Shown piece after piece: positions 1 to 9,598 of a stretch of DNA of 64,000 nucleotides (position 1 is its first letter; each line of letters opens with the position of its first letter). The DNA comes from an uncultured Verrucomicrobiae bacterium. GTDB lineage: Bacteria > Verrucomicrobiota > Verrucomicrobiia > Limisphaerales > Palsa-1400. The translations under genes and the position numbers were made by a program. The notes under the pieces were generated by a model. The model did no database searches, was not told where the DNA came from, and saw only the letters and a list, made by a program, of their open reading frames with translations. The stretch lies in NCBI GenBank assembly GCA_963702845.1, contig OY969763.1, forward strand, positions 1,696,001 through 1,760,000, read 5' to 3'.

Positions 1-1
1 C

Positions 2-379
2 TGGTGCTTTCTAGCCGGATGCATCGGTGGACCGAGCATGGATGAACGATCGTCTGCGATTTTTGGACGCATCATCGACGCCCAAACTCAAAAGCCCATT
101 GAAGGTGTTCGCGTGCAGCTGCATGACCATCCAAGTCTTCATGCTACAACCGACATCTTGGGGGGATTCCACATCCGTGCGTCGCACAACATCCACCTCA
201 TTTCCTTTTTGGGAATGTGCGGGTCAGATTTTCCGGAAGGAAAAACTTATAGCGCCGAATTAGACATACTTCATCCTGCCTACCAAAGTTTGAAAATCAA
301 CGCAAGGGCTTATCTAAAGGCAACAAACATTACTTACCTCGAATTGCGTGATATTCCCCTCTATCCAATCTCGAAGTAG
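2..379 (+). CDS. Lipoprotein with carboxypeptidase-regulatory-like domain (5' partial)
   Basis: Frame open from window start (FLAGC lipobox-like); GRIIDAQTQKPIEGVRV motif. Confidence 0.55.
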   Translation, partial: WCFLAGCIGGPSMDERSSAIFGRIIDAQTQKPIEGVRVQLHDHPSLHATTDILGGFHIRASHNIHLISFLGMCGSDFPEGKTYSAELDILHPAYQSLKINARAYLKATNITYLELRDIPLYPISK

Positions 380-394
380 TTGATTTTCCAAATT

Positions 395-541
395 TGGGGC
401 AACAGCGTCATCTGCACCACCTCCAAATACACATTGAAAGGATTGACCAGCGGGACCAAGCTCTGGCTCCGCGTCCGCGCCATCGGCGGCAACAACGCCC
501 CCGGCGCCTGGAGCGATCCGGCGACCAAAACTGTTCCGTGA
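395..541 (+). pseudogene. C-terminal fragment of a fibronectin type III protein
   Basis: Reads YTLKGLTSGTKLWLRVRAIGGNNAPGAWSDP* with no start codon. Confidence 0.55.
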
Positions 542-852
542 ACAAGCAAGACGAAATCAAGTTGCCCAGAAAAATAATTTTGGGTGTTGTAGTACCGCTC
601 GGGTTGTTCCTCGGTGCTACGGCAATGCTATTCGAACTGCAAAGCTCGAAAGGACCAGACTCGGGTATAGCTGCAACCGTCAAATTATGGGTAGTATTGG
701 CCCCAGGGCTTCCCTTATTCTTTTTGACCAATTGTTTGTTAATGGTTAGACGTTGGAAAACTGTCGAGGCTTTTTGTTTGGCCGCACTAATCGCTCCCGC
801 TCTTCTTGTGCTAAAAGCAGTTAGCTCCTTCGTCGCGCCTTCGGCAAAGTGA
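538..852 (+). CDS. Small membrane protein
   Basis: Three hydrophobic segments; probable GTG start overlapping upstream stop. Confidence 0.45.
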   Translation: MNKQDEIKLPRKIILGVVVPLGLFLGATAMLFELQSSKGPDSGIAATVKLWVVLAPGLPLFFLTNCLLMVRRWKTVEAFCLAALIAPALLVLKAVSSFVAPSAK

Positions 853-881
853 ATCTGCGATTGAGGTGGGTTACCCAGGGT
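822..881. repeat. REP/MITE-like repeat, subtype 1 (second copy 36198-36257)
   Basis: CTCCTTCGTCGCGCCTT.GGCAAAGTGAATCTGCGATTGAGG.GGGTTACCCAGGGT near-identical at both loci. Confidence 0.7.
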
Positions 882-936
882 TGCGGCGCGGCCCCCAATC
901 CGGCGCCTTCACCGCTGGGCTATAATTATGTCGCGC

Positions 937-1242
937 CTACGGGGCTTTGGAGTGGCTTCGATGAATGGCTGCCGCAATTTTCGCTACACCCCAACCTGTA
1001 GCTATTGCACAAAGAATCCATAGTGACGATGTGATGGTTATTAAAGCGGGGCCTCTTAGATCGTGGTCGCCAGATTTCCAGAGCCCAAACAGCGCCCGAA
1101 TGCCTTCGGCCGTCCAAAGAGCAAGGGGAGTGTCCTCGGCTTTAGTAAGTGGCATCTGAACGGCGAATCCAATTACGAAGAATGCAACGAGTGTTGCGAT
1201 AACAGCAATCCAGCGATTCGTTTTGGAAGTGCGCTTTTCCAC
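937..1242 (-). CDS. Small membrane protein
   Basis: ORF with two hydrophobic segments. Confidence 0.5.
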   Translation of the reverse strand: MEKRTSKTNRWIAVIATLVAFFVIGFAVQMPLTKAEDTPLALWTAEGIRALFGLWKSGDHDLRGPALITITSSLWILCAIATGWGVAKIAAAIHRSHSKAP

Positions 1243-1343
1243 AGGTCTCTTGCGACACGCTGCCGCTTAAATCTAAAGGGTGTCAAAACTTTTTTGTATA
1301 GAAAAATTTGCGGCGGGATACAGTCGGAGGGGTGCCAGATTTA

Positions 1344-1412
1344 TTAACTCCTTCGTCGCCGCTGCGCGAAAGTGAGACTCCGTTTTGGGTGGGTTGGTCC
1401 CGGCACTGAAGG
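1344..1412. repeat. REP/MITE-like repeat, subtype 2 (second copy 10240-10308)
   Basis: TTAACTCCTTCGTCGCCGCT.CGCGAAAGTGA.ACTCCGTTTTGGGTGG.TTGGTCCCGGCAC.GAAGG at both loci. Confidence 0.75.
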
Positions 1413-1560
1413 TGCCGGGCTATAATCATGGCATCCCTATCGGGATTTTGAAGTGTGCTTCGCAATTTCGTGATTCGTGGGTTGAATAGGGTCTGCGAAG
1501 ATTTGAAAAATGAAAACACAGGAGCGCCGCATTTGTTACCAGCTGGTTGCGGGCGTTCAT

Positions 1561-1986
1561 TCATTGATTTGTTGAGAGGAGCAGCGGGAATGTAGATGGT
1601 TGCCGTTGATTTGTTTTTATCTCCCGGTTGTCGATTACCGTTGTCACTGTCCCTGCCAAGATTGTCCATTTAGCGACGCAGTTGGTTTTGGATTCGGCGT
1701 TAAGTGCAAGGTTGGGATAATTGGTTAGCGCTATCGGGGCGGCATTCGTTTTCACGTAGATTGCAAATTCATCGGTGTTGGTCGGCCAGCGCCCCTGTGC
1801 AGCATAGAAATCCCGGACCCCCAACTGTAATGCTATCGAAGGGTTCGGATCGGTTATTTCGTTTAGCGCACGCAACTCCAACTTAACAAGTTCTCCCATT
1901 CCTTCTGCGACTGTGTTGCCCAGGCATCCAGAGCAAAGAGAAGCAATGGCGAGAGCGCAAATTGCTAGCTTTAAGATTTGTTTCAC
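1561..1986 (-). CDS. Hypothetical lipoprotein
   Basis: Signal peptide ending LCSGC. Confidence 0.6.
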   Translation of the reverse strand: MKQILKLAICALAIASLCSGCLGNTVAEGMGELVKLELRALNEITDPNPSIALQLGVRDFYAAQGRWPTNTDEFAIYVKTNAAPIALTNYPNLALNAESKTNCVAKWTILAGTVTTVIDNREIKTNQRQPSTFPLLLSTNQ

Positions 1987-2100
1987 AAATTGATTTAAGG
2001 GGCACCCAAATACCCGCCCTTCGGGCCGATTTAGGCACTTTTGTCGTCCGTGGACAAGGATTTCCAGTGATCAAAGCCTCTGCAAAATATATTTTTCACT

Positions 2101-2117
2101 TGGACAGCTTTTGTCCA
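2101..2117. promoter_or_regulatory. Palindromic operator candidate upstream of WYL regulator
   Basis: Perfect TGGACA-N5-TGTCCA; partial copy at 2051-2066. Confidence 0.55.
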
Positions 2118-2140
2118 AGTGAGGTTGGTAGCATTTGGGG

Positions 2141-3304
2141 ATGAAAATGATAAAAAAGCTACAGATTGGTTCGGTTCAACGCGCAGATTCACTGTTCTCG
2201 GACATGGGCGTGGGGAGTCGAACAAACGAAACAAAACAAACGGTGCGGCTGGATGTCGGTAGAGCAGAGAAGGCGTTGCTGCGGCGTGCACGCAAACAGG
2301 ATGCGGAGCTGGAGCCGGAGCGGGTGCGGCGCGGGCCGCTGGAGCGGATGTTCAAGATTCACCAGGTGATTGCCGATGGCAGATGCGTTAACGCGATGCA
2401 GTTGGCGGCGGAGCTTGAGATCGGGCACAAAACGATTTGTCGGGACATTGATTACATGCGCGATCATTACGCGCTGCCGATCGAATATGATGCGGTGCGG
2501 CACGGGTATTATTATTCGAAGCAGGTGAATGGATTTCCCGGTGCGTCGGCTCTTACGGAGAAGGAGATGTTTGCATGGTTGGTGGCGAACAAAGCGATTG
2601 AGCAGTATCGCGGCACGCCGTTCCATCCGCTGTTGGCGACTGCGTTCAAGAAGATGTTGGCGCAGTTGGATAGCAAGGAGCGGTTTTCAGTTGAGGATTT
2701 TGCAGAGGCGTTGTCGTTTCGGCCGTTTGCGCCGGAGGACGCGGATCTGGAATTGTTCGAGATGGTGACGCGGGCGCGTCGGGAACGGAAGGTTTTGGAG
2801 TTTGTTTATCGGAACGCAGGCGAGAAGGATGCGATCGTGCGGCGGGTGCATCCGTATCATGTGATGTGTTCTGATAATCGGTGGTATTTCCTGGGACATG
2901 ATGAGTTGCGTGCGGATATTCGGACTTTCGCGCTGGCGCGCATGGGGAAGGCGCAGGTTTTAGCTGAGCGGTTCACGCGACCGAATAGATTCGATGCCGC
3001 AAACTATTTTCGCGACAGCCTCGGGATGATGAAGGGTGACGGTGATTATGAGGTGGTGATTGATTTCGACGCGTTTGCAACGGACCAGTTGCGCGGCCGG
3101 AAATGGCATTCAAGTCAGGAGATTACGGAAATGCCGGGCGGCGGATGTAGGCTGCGCATGCGATTGAGCGGGTTGGAAGAGGTCGAGCGATGGGTTTTGA
3201 GTTGGGGGATACGTGCGACAGTCGTGGGTCCGTCGGTGCTGATTGAGCGGATTGGAGAGATGGTTAGGCAATTAGCGTCGCGGTACGTATCGGAGGAACA
3301 TTGA
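2141..3304 (+). CDS. HTH-WYL-WCX transcriptional regulator (PafB/BrxR-like)
   Basis: LAAELEIGHKTICRDIDYMR HTH; RRVHPYH..NRWYFLGHD..IRTFALARM WYL; ERWVLSWG C-terminus. Confidence 0.92.
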   Translation: MKMIKKLQIGSVQRADSLFSDMGVGSRTNETKQTVRLDVGRAEKALLRRARKQDAELEPERVRRGPLERMFKIHQVIADGRCVNAMQLAAELEIGHKTICRDIDYMRDHYALPIEYDAVRHGYYYSKQVNGFPGASALTEKEMFAWLVANKAIEQYRGTPFHPLLATAFKKMLAQLDSKERFSVEDFAEALSFRPFAPEDADLELFEMVTRARRERKVLEFVYRNAGEKDAIVRRVHPYHVMCSDNRWYFLGHDELRADIRTFALARMGKAQVLAERFTRPNRFDAANYFRDSLGMMKGDGDYEVVIDFDAFATDQLRGRKWHSSQEITEMPGGGCRLRMRLSGLEEVERWVLSWGIRATVVGPSVLIERIGEMVRQLASRYVSEEH

Positions 3305-3306
3305 CT

Positions 3307-3397
3307 GTTGAATATCGCTGCTCAGGCACGGCGCGTCGAGGGCTTCGCATGGAAAAGACAGCCAATCGCGCCGCTGCCTGAAGCAGCCTGGTTCGGC
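3307..3397 (-). repeat. attC site (degenerate R')
   Basis: Minus strand GCCGAAC-CAGGC-TGCTTCAGGCA...TGCCTGAGCAGC; R'' complements cassette start GTTCGGC (4010-4016). Confidence 0.7.
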
Positions 3398-3418
3398 TCT
3401 GGCACGGTTATACCGGTG

Positions 3419-4003
3419 CTACCTTGATATTGAAATCCGGCCGCCTTCGTAAACATGGTGCTCTATGTTATGAGGAGGGAGCGCCCCCTCGAAGTCCGCC
3501 TCTTCTCGCTCAAATTGCGGCCTAGCCAAGTCGATGACGTATTTGTAGCGTCGCTCAAGGAAGGCCGCCTCGATGGTAAGTTTGTCACCGTCAACGCTCG
3601 CAACCCGCTCGAACCAGTTTGTCTCAGTGGCTCCAATGTTAGAACCGATATGGCTGTCATGAGCCGGGAAATCCTGGACCGTTCTCGTCGCGGTGTTCGC
3701 CAGGTGAACCATTGCCTGCCCACCGTCAAAATCCTTCCCCGTGACGAACAAAATCAAATGCTTGTTGGTAATCGCCAAATAGCAAGGATCAAGCCCCCTG
3801 ACATCTTTGAAATCGCGCCCCCAAATGGTCAGCACCTCAGTATCGGTAGAACCATGGACGTTGAATAGCTGGATGGTGCTGTGCTCGGTGATCTGAACGT
3901 GGTCATCGCGATACCGCTGGCGTGTGGAATGGGAGCAGCCGAACAACGTCACAGAAAGCGCCGCAGCTACGGTCGCTAGCAAATATCGAGGCGCGATGAT
4001 CAT
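3419..4003 (-). CDS. Cassette-borne lipoprotein
   Basis: LFGC lipobox; bounded by GTTCGGC and attC. Confidence 0.75.
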   Translation of the reverse strand: MIIAPRYLLATVAAALSVTLFGCSHSTRQRYRDDHVQITEHSTIQLFNVHGSTDTEVLTIWGRDFKDVRGLDPCYLAITNKHLILFVTGKDFDGGQAMVHLANTATRTVQDFPAHDSHIGSNIGATETNWFERVASVDGDKLTIEAAFLERRYKYVIDLARPQFEREEADFEGALPPHNIEHHVYEGGRISISR

Positions 4004-4013
4004 CTCGTTGCCG

Positions 4014-4087
4014 AACTATGATTATGCGACGGGGTGCAGCTATAATTTTGATATCCGAACGGTTGGTTCATATTGGTTGAGGAGACC
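4014..4087 (-). repeat. attI-like module family A, copy 1
   Basis: 58-bp core ATGAACCAACCGTTCG...GTCGCATAATCATAGTT directly before the cassette start. Confidence 0.75.
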
Positions 4088-4102
4088 TGGTTAGGCGACA
4101 TA

Positions 4103-4660
4103 TCAGTACACCAAGTTTGCGCCAAAACGGGGAATCTTCCCGTTCTTAACTTCATCTCTCCATCGGTCCAGTTCGACGTTGCCATCCTTCCAAAAGTTCC
4201 GACAGAGTTCAAAATATTCTAGAACTACGTCTCGCTCACCTTTATCGAGAAGGTCCTTGGCGAGAGTCATGTTCGGGCCAAAGCTGTCCATGGTCGGAGA
4301 ACCCGGGCTCTTTCCAGCCGCAAGTAAGTACTTTTTGGCTTCAGCTTTCTTACCGTCGCGCAATGCGAGGCGTCCAAGCACTAAATTTCCATCTTGGATA
4401 GCGTTTCCATAATTCCAGTCACTACGATAATTGGGAGCAGATGAAAGCAATTCTATCGCGTATTTGTTGGCATCTTCGAATTTCGCGTTGTTAAAGCTTT
4501 CTTTGGCAGCTTTATCCAACGCGTGGAATCTCTGTAGGTCCGTAGATGCCGAAGCCAGCTTCTTCGTCGCCGCATCGTATCTCTGTTGTGGTGTGGTCGC
4601 GGAACAGGCTCCGATGCCAATTAACAAGAAGCCCAAGAGGAATACTGTAAAGTATCGCAT
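4103..4660 (-). CDS. Cassette-borne TPR-like lipoprotein
   Basis: IGAC lipobox, helical repeats; GTTAGGC start (4671-4677) matches R'' GCCTAAC (4090-4096). Confidence 0.75.
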   Translation of the reverse strand: MRYFTVFLLGFLLIGIGACSATTPQQRYDAATKKLASASTDLQRFHALDKAAKESFNNAKFEDANKYAIELLSSAPNYRSDWNYGNAIQDGNLVLGRLALRDGKKAEAKKYLLAAGKSPGSPTMDSFGPNMTLAKDLLDKGERDVVLEYFELCRNFWKDGNVELDRWRDEVKNGKIPRFGANLVY

Positions 4661-4674
4661 AAGTGATGCCGCCT

Positions 4675-4776
4675 AACTATGAATATGCGACGGGGTGTCG
4701 CGGTAATTTTGATATACGAACGGCCGGTTCATACCTGATTTTCCGAATGATGTCGTAGGTGCAGACAAAAGCAAGC
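4675..4776 (-). repeat. attI-like module family A, copy 2 (upstream variant B)
   Basis: 58-bp core plus upstream CTTGCTTTTGTCTGCACC..GACATC shared with copy 4. Confidence 0.75.
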
Positions 4777-4957
4777 GGTGAGGGCGGTTCGAACTCTGGG
4801 CAGTGTTTTTTAGCTCCTTCCACGTTCGCTTATTGCCCCAAGCGATTGTGAATGATTTTTTTGGGGTGTCACCCCGTATGGCTGCGCGGTATTTTGTGGA
4901 GGGTGATTGTTGTCTTTGACAGAATATTGTCGGTAAGAATACCGTCCAACTTGTCAT

Positions 4958-5545
4958 ATGAAGCTGAACGCACTCAGCGCAGTGGGATTTCTTTTGGTGG
5001 GCTGCTTTTTTCAAGGCTGCACGAGTGAGTTGTGGGATCAAAAGTGTTGTAAACCGGCGCCCGAGGCAGAGTTGAAACTGTATCGCGTGGGAGATGACGT
5101 AATGGTGCAGTATAATGAGGTGCGGGAGAGGGACGACCATTTGTGGCGGCGGAACTTCTTGTTGAACGCAAACAAGGCAGCGTTGGCGGCACATCGGGCG
5201 CCGGTTTTCTTTGATGCGAAGAGAGAACAGATGGCCGAGCCGATTCCATTGTTTATTCCAGCGCGGACAAATGTGGTGGATCTGCCGATTTACGCGACGA
5301 GTAAGTTGGAGAATGGCGATCCGTTTTTTCTCGTGCGCAACGGGACCCGTTCCGGGCCGTATGGGTTGCCGGTTTATGACGACCCACATTCAGTCACGGC
5401 TGGGAAGATTTTATTAACACCGGTGGCAGTGGCGGGAGACGCGGCGGCAGCGGTGGTGTTGCGGGACTCCGTCGATTGGTCATCGGATGATGGTTTTCAC
5501 GATCATCTGTTTGCTCCGGCGGATTCGCCACGAGCGAGAAGATAG
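4958..5545 (+). CDS. Hypothetical lipoprotein
   Basis: Signal peptide with FQGC. Confidence 0.6.
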   Translation: MKLNALSAVGFLLVGCFFQGCTSELWDQKCCKPAPEAELKLYRVGDDVMVQYNEVRERDDHLWRRNFLLNANKAALAAHRAPVFFDAKREQMAEPIPLFIPARTNVVDLPIYATSKLENGDPFFLVRNGTRSGPYGLPVYDDPHSVTAGKILLTPVAVAGDAAAAVVLRDSVDWSSDDGFHDHLFAPADSPRARR

Positions 5546-5617
5546 GGCGAATGAGCATTCGACCTTGAACGTCGAGCTTTGAGCTGCAAGTCTGTCAGTC
5601 TTTTCGCGCTGAGGCCC

Positions 5618-6283
5618 ATGAATAAATTATTTCTACTGCTGATGCTCGTTGCTGGTAGTTCGAAGGCTGATAGTGCAGCTCTCTTCGATCAGCTTTCTCC
5701 TAAGCTTCGGGGTTTTCTAACGGCGAACGTGGGAGCATCTAATGCGTTGAGTGATGTAGTCACAATACAGCAGACCGCACGTGCCATAACTGTTTTTTAC
5801 TTCTACGCCGGAGACAAAACACGGGCAAAGGCAGGTCATTATTGCACCGGCGAGACATCGGCGGTTATTAATCTGAACGCAGAACTGGAGCCGATCGATG
5901 AGTACACTTGCCTGCTTTTTGAATTAATCAACTTGAGCTGCCAGGAGCGATTTCAAGAGGTCTTCGTCAAAGCGATACAGAAGGAAATTTCCAGAAAAGC
6001 ATATCCAAGGGAAGTGTTGAAGATTGAATTTGAAGCGATGCAAAAGACGAAGGGGCTGCTCCGTAAGCTGAAGCCCTCAGCCAAAGAGGTTGATTCTTCA
6101 GATTCTTATAAAAAATTTTTAAAGTCGGCGGATACGTTTGACGCGTTTTATGCGGAGCTGAAAAAGCAAGCGGCAGATGGGCACTACGATCCTATCAAGA
6201 ACTACGAACGCCAATATGATCTGTACCTCGAGCAATACAAAAACAGCAAGGGGGCGGGTTACCTCAAAGGGGACGGCCCTTAG
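5618..6283 (+). CDS. Hypothetical secreted protein
   Basis: MNKLFLLLMLVAG signal peptide; long ORF. Confidence 0.65.
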   Translation: MNKLFLLLMLVAGSSKADSAALFDQLSPKLRGFLTANVGASNALSDVVTIQQTARAITVFYFYAGDKTRAKAGHYCTGETSAVINLNAELEPIDEYTCLLFELINLSCQERFQEVFVKAIQKEISRKAYPREVLKIEFEAMQKTKGLLRKLKPSAKEVDSSDSYKKFLKSADTFDAFYAELKKQAADGHYDPIKNYERQYDLYLEQYKNSKGAGYLKGDGP

Positions 6284-6423
6284 GCGTTGGATTTTCGACA
6301 CCGTCTGCGGGGTAATCCATGTACAACGGATACCAAAAGCCCACCACAGCGACGGCAATCGTTGCACCTGCAGTCGCTAACGCGCTGAGCCGTCGATCAT
6401 CTGAAAGCCACGCGTTCATTTAT

Positions 6424-6524
6424 TGCTAACGCAAAAACTCAGCACGGCGGGCCACTGACTCAATGATTGTAAAGGCAGCGTCAACCCGCTCCCGCAACGC
6501 GGGGCTGGAGCGCTCTGGTTAGAC
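6424..6524 (-). repeat. attC site
   Basis: GTCTAAC-CAGAG-CGCTCCAGC...GCTGAG-TTTTTGC-GTTAGCA; R'' matches GTTAGAC at 6861-6867. Confidence 0.85.
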
Positions 6525-6531
6525 CACGTGC

Positions 6532-6858
6532 TCATGGCAAACTAATAGCCCATCCGATGGACCCCATGCAATGAACAGCTCCGTAGAGTGACACAAGTGA
6601 AACGAGGGCCGCAATCAATCGAGAGAACCCTCGCAGCCTGAACAGGAGCGACAGACCGCAGTATGAACCGCAAAGTGAGGCTATAAACACGGCGATGCCA
6701 CCGACGAGAAAAACTTTATACAACCAGTCGTATCCATCAAGAGGAGCGAAGCGGAAGAGCAAGATTTCTGCAAAGCCCATCGCCACAACGAAAACGGCGG
6801 CGCAAACGCCGACCTGGAGTTTTCGGGGAGGTGTAACAATAACTTCCGGGGTGTTCAT
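6532..6858 (-). CDS. Cassette-borne membrane protein
   Basis: Three TM segments between two attC sites. Confidence 0.7.
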   Translation of the reverse strand: MNTPEVIVTPPRKLQVGVCAAVFVVAMGFAEILLFRFAPLDGYDWLYKVFLVGGIAVFIASLCGSYCGLSLLFRLRGFSRLIAALVSLVSLYGAVHCMGSIGWAISLP

Positions 6859-6860
6859 CG

Positions 6861-6951
6861 GTCTAACCGTGACGCTCAGCCGCGCGGCGCCAACCGCGTA
6901 CGAAATGCGTGAGGGAAGCAATCGCCGCGTCGGCTGGAGTAAAAGTTAGAT
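6861..6951 (-). repeat. attC site
   Basis: ATCTAAC..CTCCAGCCGACGCG...CGCGGCTGAGCGTCACG-GTTAGAC; R'' matches GTTAGAT at 7308-7314. Confidence 0.85.
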
Positions 6952-6982
6952 GGAGGAACTTGGAGCGGCATAGATGGGGCTT

Positions 6983-7300
6983 TCAATGCATTCCCTGAAA
7001 CAAGCCGTAATAGAGCAGCGCCTGAATAGGAAAGGTGGCGATGTCGAAGGGCACGCTGAGCGGCAGCAGAAGGTAGTACGCCGGATGATCGCCGTGACCA
7101 TCCGTCGCTAGTGCAGTGTCGGGGGCATTCGCACTCGGGGAAGCGCTCGGCTGCCCTTGAGCCTCGCTGCTAAACCTCTCGGGAGGTGGAGCAGGTTTTG
7201 CCATCTGAAGAACCCCCGAAGTTGTGCTCATGTTCCTGCAAACCTCGCACCCAGAGGCGAAAAACAGGCACGCGAGCAGTGGGGTCAAGAGACGTTTCAT
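6983..7300 (-). CDS. Cassette-borne lipoprotein (YceK/YidQ-like tail)
   Basis: ASGC lipobox; LPLSVPFDIATFP. Confidence 0.65.
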   Translation of the reverse strand: MKRLLTPLLACLFFASGCEVCRNMSTTSGVLQMAKPAPPPERFSSEAQGQPSASPSANAPDTALATDGHGDHPAYYLLLPLSVPFDIATFPIQALLYYGLFQGMH

Positions 7301-7307
7301 ACGTTGC

Positions 7308-7412
7308 ATCTAACGATCAAGATGACCGATGATGAGGGGCGCGCCACCGGCTCCGGATTGGAACACGCGGCTGCCCGCGCTCCTCCTCATACGGTCCATC
7401 GCAATGTTGGCC
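7308..7412 (-). repeat. attC site
   Basis: GGCCAAC...GATGGACCG...CGGTCATC...GTTAGAT; R'' matches GTTGGCC at 7909-7915. Confidence 0.75.
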
Positions 7413-7421
7413 ATTCGTGCT

Positions 7422-7892
7422 TTACTCCTCAAGCGAAAAGGCCCCAAACCCACCGCCACAAGGGCCAAGGCCAAATCCAACCGCGCCTCCAACCGTCTGG
7501 TGCCGGCTCTGCGTCGCGCTGACGACGCATCCATCGCGCAAAACAAAGGCCACTTTTTCCCTCCCAAGCGGCAAAGCGATTGGAATCGGAACCAGAACAA
7601 CAGGCATAACTCCCTGCCATATGGGGCTGAACTTATAGGTCCAAATCTCCTCCGAACCGGCGGCTCCAACATGGCCGACGCTCGACGGTTTGCCCCAGTG
7701 GGACTCCAGCCAGTCCGAGGTGTAAACGACGGTGTTCGTCCCTTCTGCCATGATTCGCGGATAAAGACTTGGACAGGCGGTATCTGGAACCACAGGGTCG
7801 CGAACAGCCTCCGTGCGCGATTTCAGAACGCCGGCACCCACACACCCTTGCATAAGTACGCAAAGAGCCAAAAGCGGAACCAGATTTCTCAT
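7422..7892 (-). CDS. Cassette-borne lipoprotein
   Basis: MRNLVPLLALCVLMQGC; WGKP...EIWTY BamE-like pattern. Confidence 0.7.
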   Translation of the reverse strand: MRNLVPLLALCVLMQGCVGAGVLKSRTEAVRDPVVPDTACPSLYPRIMAEGTNTVVYTSDWLESHWGKPSSVGHVGAAGSEEIWTYKFSPIWQGVMPVVLVPIPIALPLGREKVAFVLRDGCVVSATQSRHQTVGGAVGFGLGPCGGGFGAFSLEE

Positions 7893-7912
7893 CGCGACTG
7901 TTATACATGGCC

Positions 7913-7970
7913 AACTATGATTTTGCGACGGGGTGTCGGTATTATTTTGATAGACGAACAGTCGGTTCAT
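7913..7970 (-). repeat. attI-like module family A, copy 3 (core only)
   Basis: Diverged 58-bp core ending ATCATAGTT|GGCC. Confidence 0.7.
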
Positions 7971-8002
7971 AAGCGCGTTTGCTCGATGACTGGGAAATGG
8001 GA

Positions 8003-8374
8003 TCATGTGGTCGGTTTGAGATTGAAAATGATTTCGATGTTCAACATGCCGAAGGCAGCCAGGATGTTGGGGCGGAGGTTCAACGCTCCTTCTGCTGCTG
8101 GAAACGCATAGAGCAACCAAAGCGCATAACTGCAGTCCTTGCTAAATGTGTCCAGCTCTTTCTCGTGGGCAAGAAGCACTCGCTTGACTGCTGCCAAGTG
8201 CTCATCGACGCGCTCGTGCTGGCCAACGCCAAGATCAAATGTGAGAATGTTTGCGTCAATTTTTGCATTTGGCGAAACCGCCTCGACCACCGGCCATGGG
8301 AATTCCTGGATCAAATATTCTGCCCCAATTCGCGAGGAACAGATACTAAACCGGGATTTTACGACGTGTGGCAT
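8003..8374 (-). CDS. Cassette-borne hypothetical protein (DUF4279-like, tentative)
   Basis: Follows attC; C-terminal GALNLRPNILAAFGMLNIEI. Confidence 0.55.
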   Translation of the reverse strand: MPHVVKSRFSICSSRIGAEYLIQEFPWPVVEAVSPNAKIDANILTFDLGVGQHERVDEHLAAVKRVLLAHEKELDTFSKDCSYALWLLYAFPAAEGALNLRPNILAAFGMLNIEIIFNLKPTT

Positions 8375-8378
8375 ATTC

Positions 8379-8482
8379 TCTTAACTCAATTCAGATCAGC
8401 GGCGACGGGCCACTGACTCAAGGAGTGTAAACGCAGCGTCAACCCGCTCCCGCAAAGCGGGGCTGGAGCGGCCTGGTTAGGT
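8379..8482 (-). repeat. attC site
   Basis: Near-copy of 6424-6524; R'' ACCTAAC matches GTTAGGT at 8841-8847. Confidence 0.8.
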
Positions 8483-8830
8483 CGTGTGTTTCGATTGATC
8501 ATGACGGTCAATACACTGATCGCATACCCATCGACCATCGAGTTCGCATCCCGGCAATAAACCGTCGATGGCTTCGAGCTTCGTGCGGTCTGTCGCCCAG
8601 GCAGAACAATAGAAGCAACGTCGCGCATTGGTCCCGAGATCAGGTTTTTCCAAGTATCGGAAATTCGTGCACTGACGACTCCACTCGACTGACTCGGACG
8701 ACAGTGACTGCTGGATCGCTTGCTTCATTCGAGCAGCGATGCGGTCGCGCACCTCTCGCATTTCTGCGTCGTCGCGCGGTGCTTTCACGAGGATGCTCGT
8801 CGATATAAGGATGTCTTGATGCGCGCCCAT
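8477..8830 (-). CDS. Cassette-borne protein with two CxxC motifs
   Basis: CFYC...CDQC; stop codon within R''. Confidence 0.7.
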   Translation of the reverse strand: MGAHQDILISTSILVKAPRDDAEMREVRDRIAARMKQAIQQSLSSESVEWSRQCTNFRYLEKPDLGTNARRCFYCSAWATDRTKLEAIDGLLPGCELDGRWVCDQCIDRHDQSKHTT

Positions 8831-8844
8831 AGTACAGGTGACCT

Positions 8845-8945
8845 AACAATGTTTATGCGACGGGGTGTCGCGGTCATTTTGATATACGAACAGTCGGTTC
8901 ATATCTGAGTTTCCAAAGGATGTCTCTGGTGCAGACAAAAGCAAG
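8845..8945 (-). repeat. attI-like module family A, copy 4 (upstream variant B)
   Basis: 58-bp core plus variant-B upstream segment. Confidence 0.75.
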
Positions 8946-9059
8946 TGACAAGGGGAGCGGATTAGGGCAACGGTGAATCAGTTCACCGCGCGGTACGCGT
9001 CTACCAACAGTTATTGCGCTGTTGGCTTATCGCCTCCCCAACCTTACTGTGCTTTTACA

Positions 9060-9518
9060 ATGCTTAAACACCTTGTCTCTCTGGTCGCTGTTCTCACCAC
9101 AGCGTTCGTTGTGCTGACCGGGTGCGTAAAACCAACCTATGCGCCGTTGAAGTTTTATATTGTCAGCGAACAGCCATTGCAGGGCGGCAATCTGATAGAC
9201 ACTGCGACGCTTCCCAAGGTGGGGTACATTTCCGCAACGCCAGACATGATTGTAACGAATATCCTCGATGTCTACCGGGATGATCACTCCTCATCAACGT
9301 TGACAGTGGTGTTGCATCCTGCGGATGCTATTCTTTTCGGCGCGTTGACCGGAAGGGCAATCTACAAGCGGCTGCTCGTTTCGGTGGGCGATACACCAGT
9401 GACCGCTCCTCGGGTGATGTCAGCGATCCCAATCGGCCGATTTGTCATTGAATTTGCAAGCGAGTCGGACAGGAAGAAAATCCAACCACAACTCGAGAAT
9501 CTTGTTTCCGCTAAGTAA
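9060..9518 (+). CDS. Lipoprotein with SecDF P1-head-like domain
   Basis: LTGC lipobox; KRLLVSVGDTPVTAPRVMSAIPIGRFVI. Confidence 0.6.
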   Translation: MLKHLVSLVAVLTTAFVVLTGCVKPTYAPLKFYIVSEQPLQGGNLIDTATLPKVGYISATPDMIVTNILDVYRDDHSSSTLTVVLHPADAILFGALTGRAIYKRLLVSVGDTPVTAPRVMSAIPIGRFVIEFASESDRKKIQPQLENLVSAK

Positions 9519-9598
9519 AATGACCGTTTCGTTGTTAATGAGCTGAGGCGCATGCGGCGGAATTGATGCGCAGGCGTGAACATTAAAGGTGTTGAACA

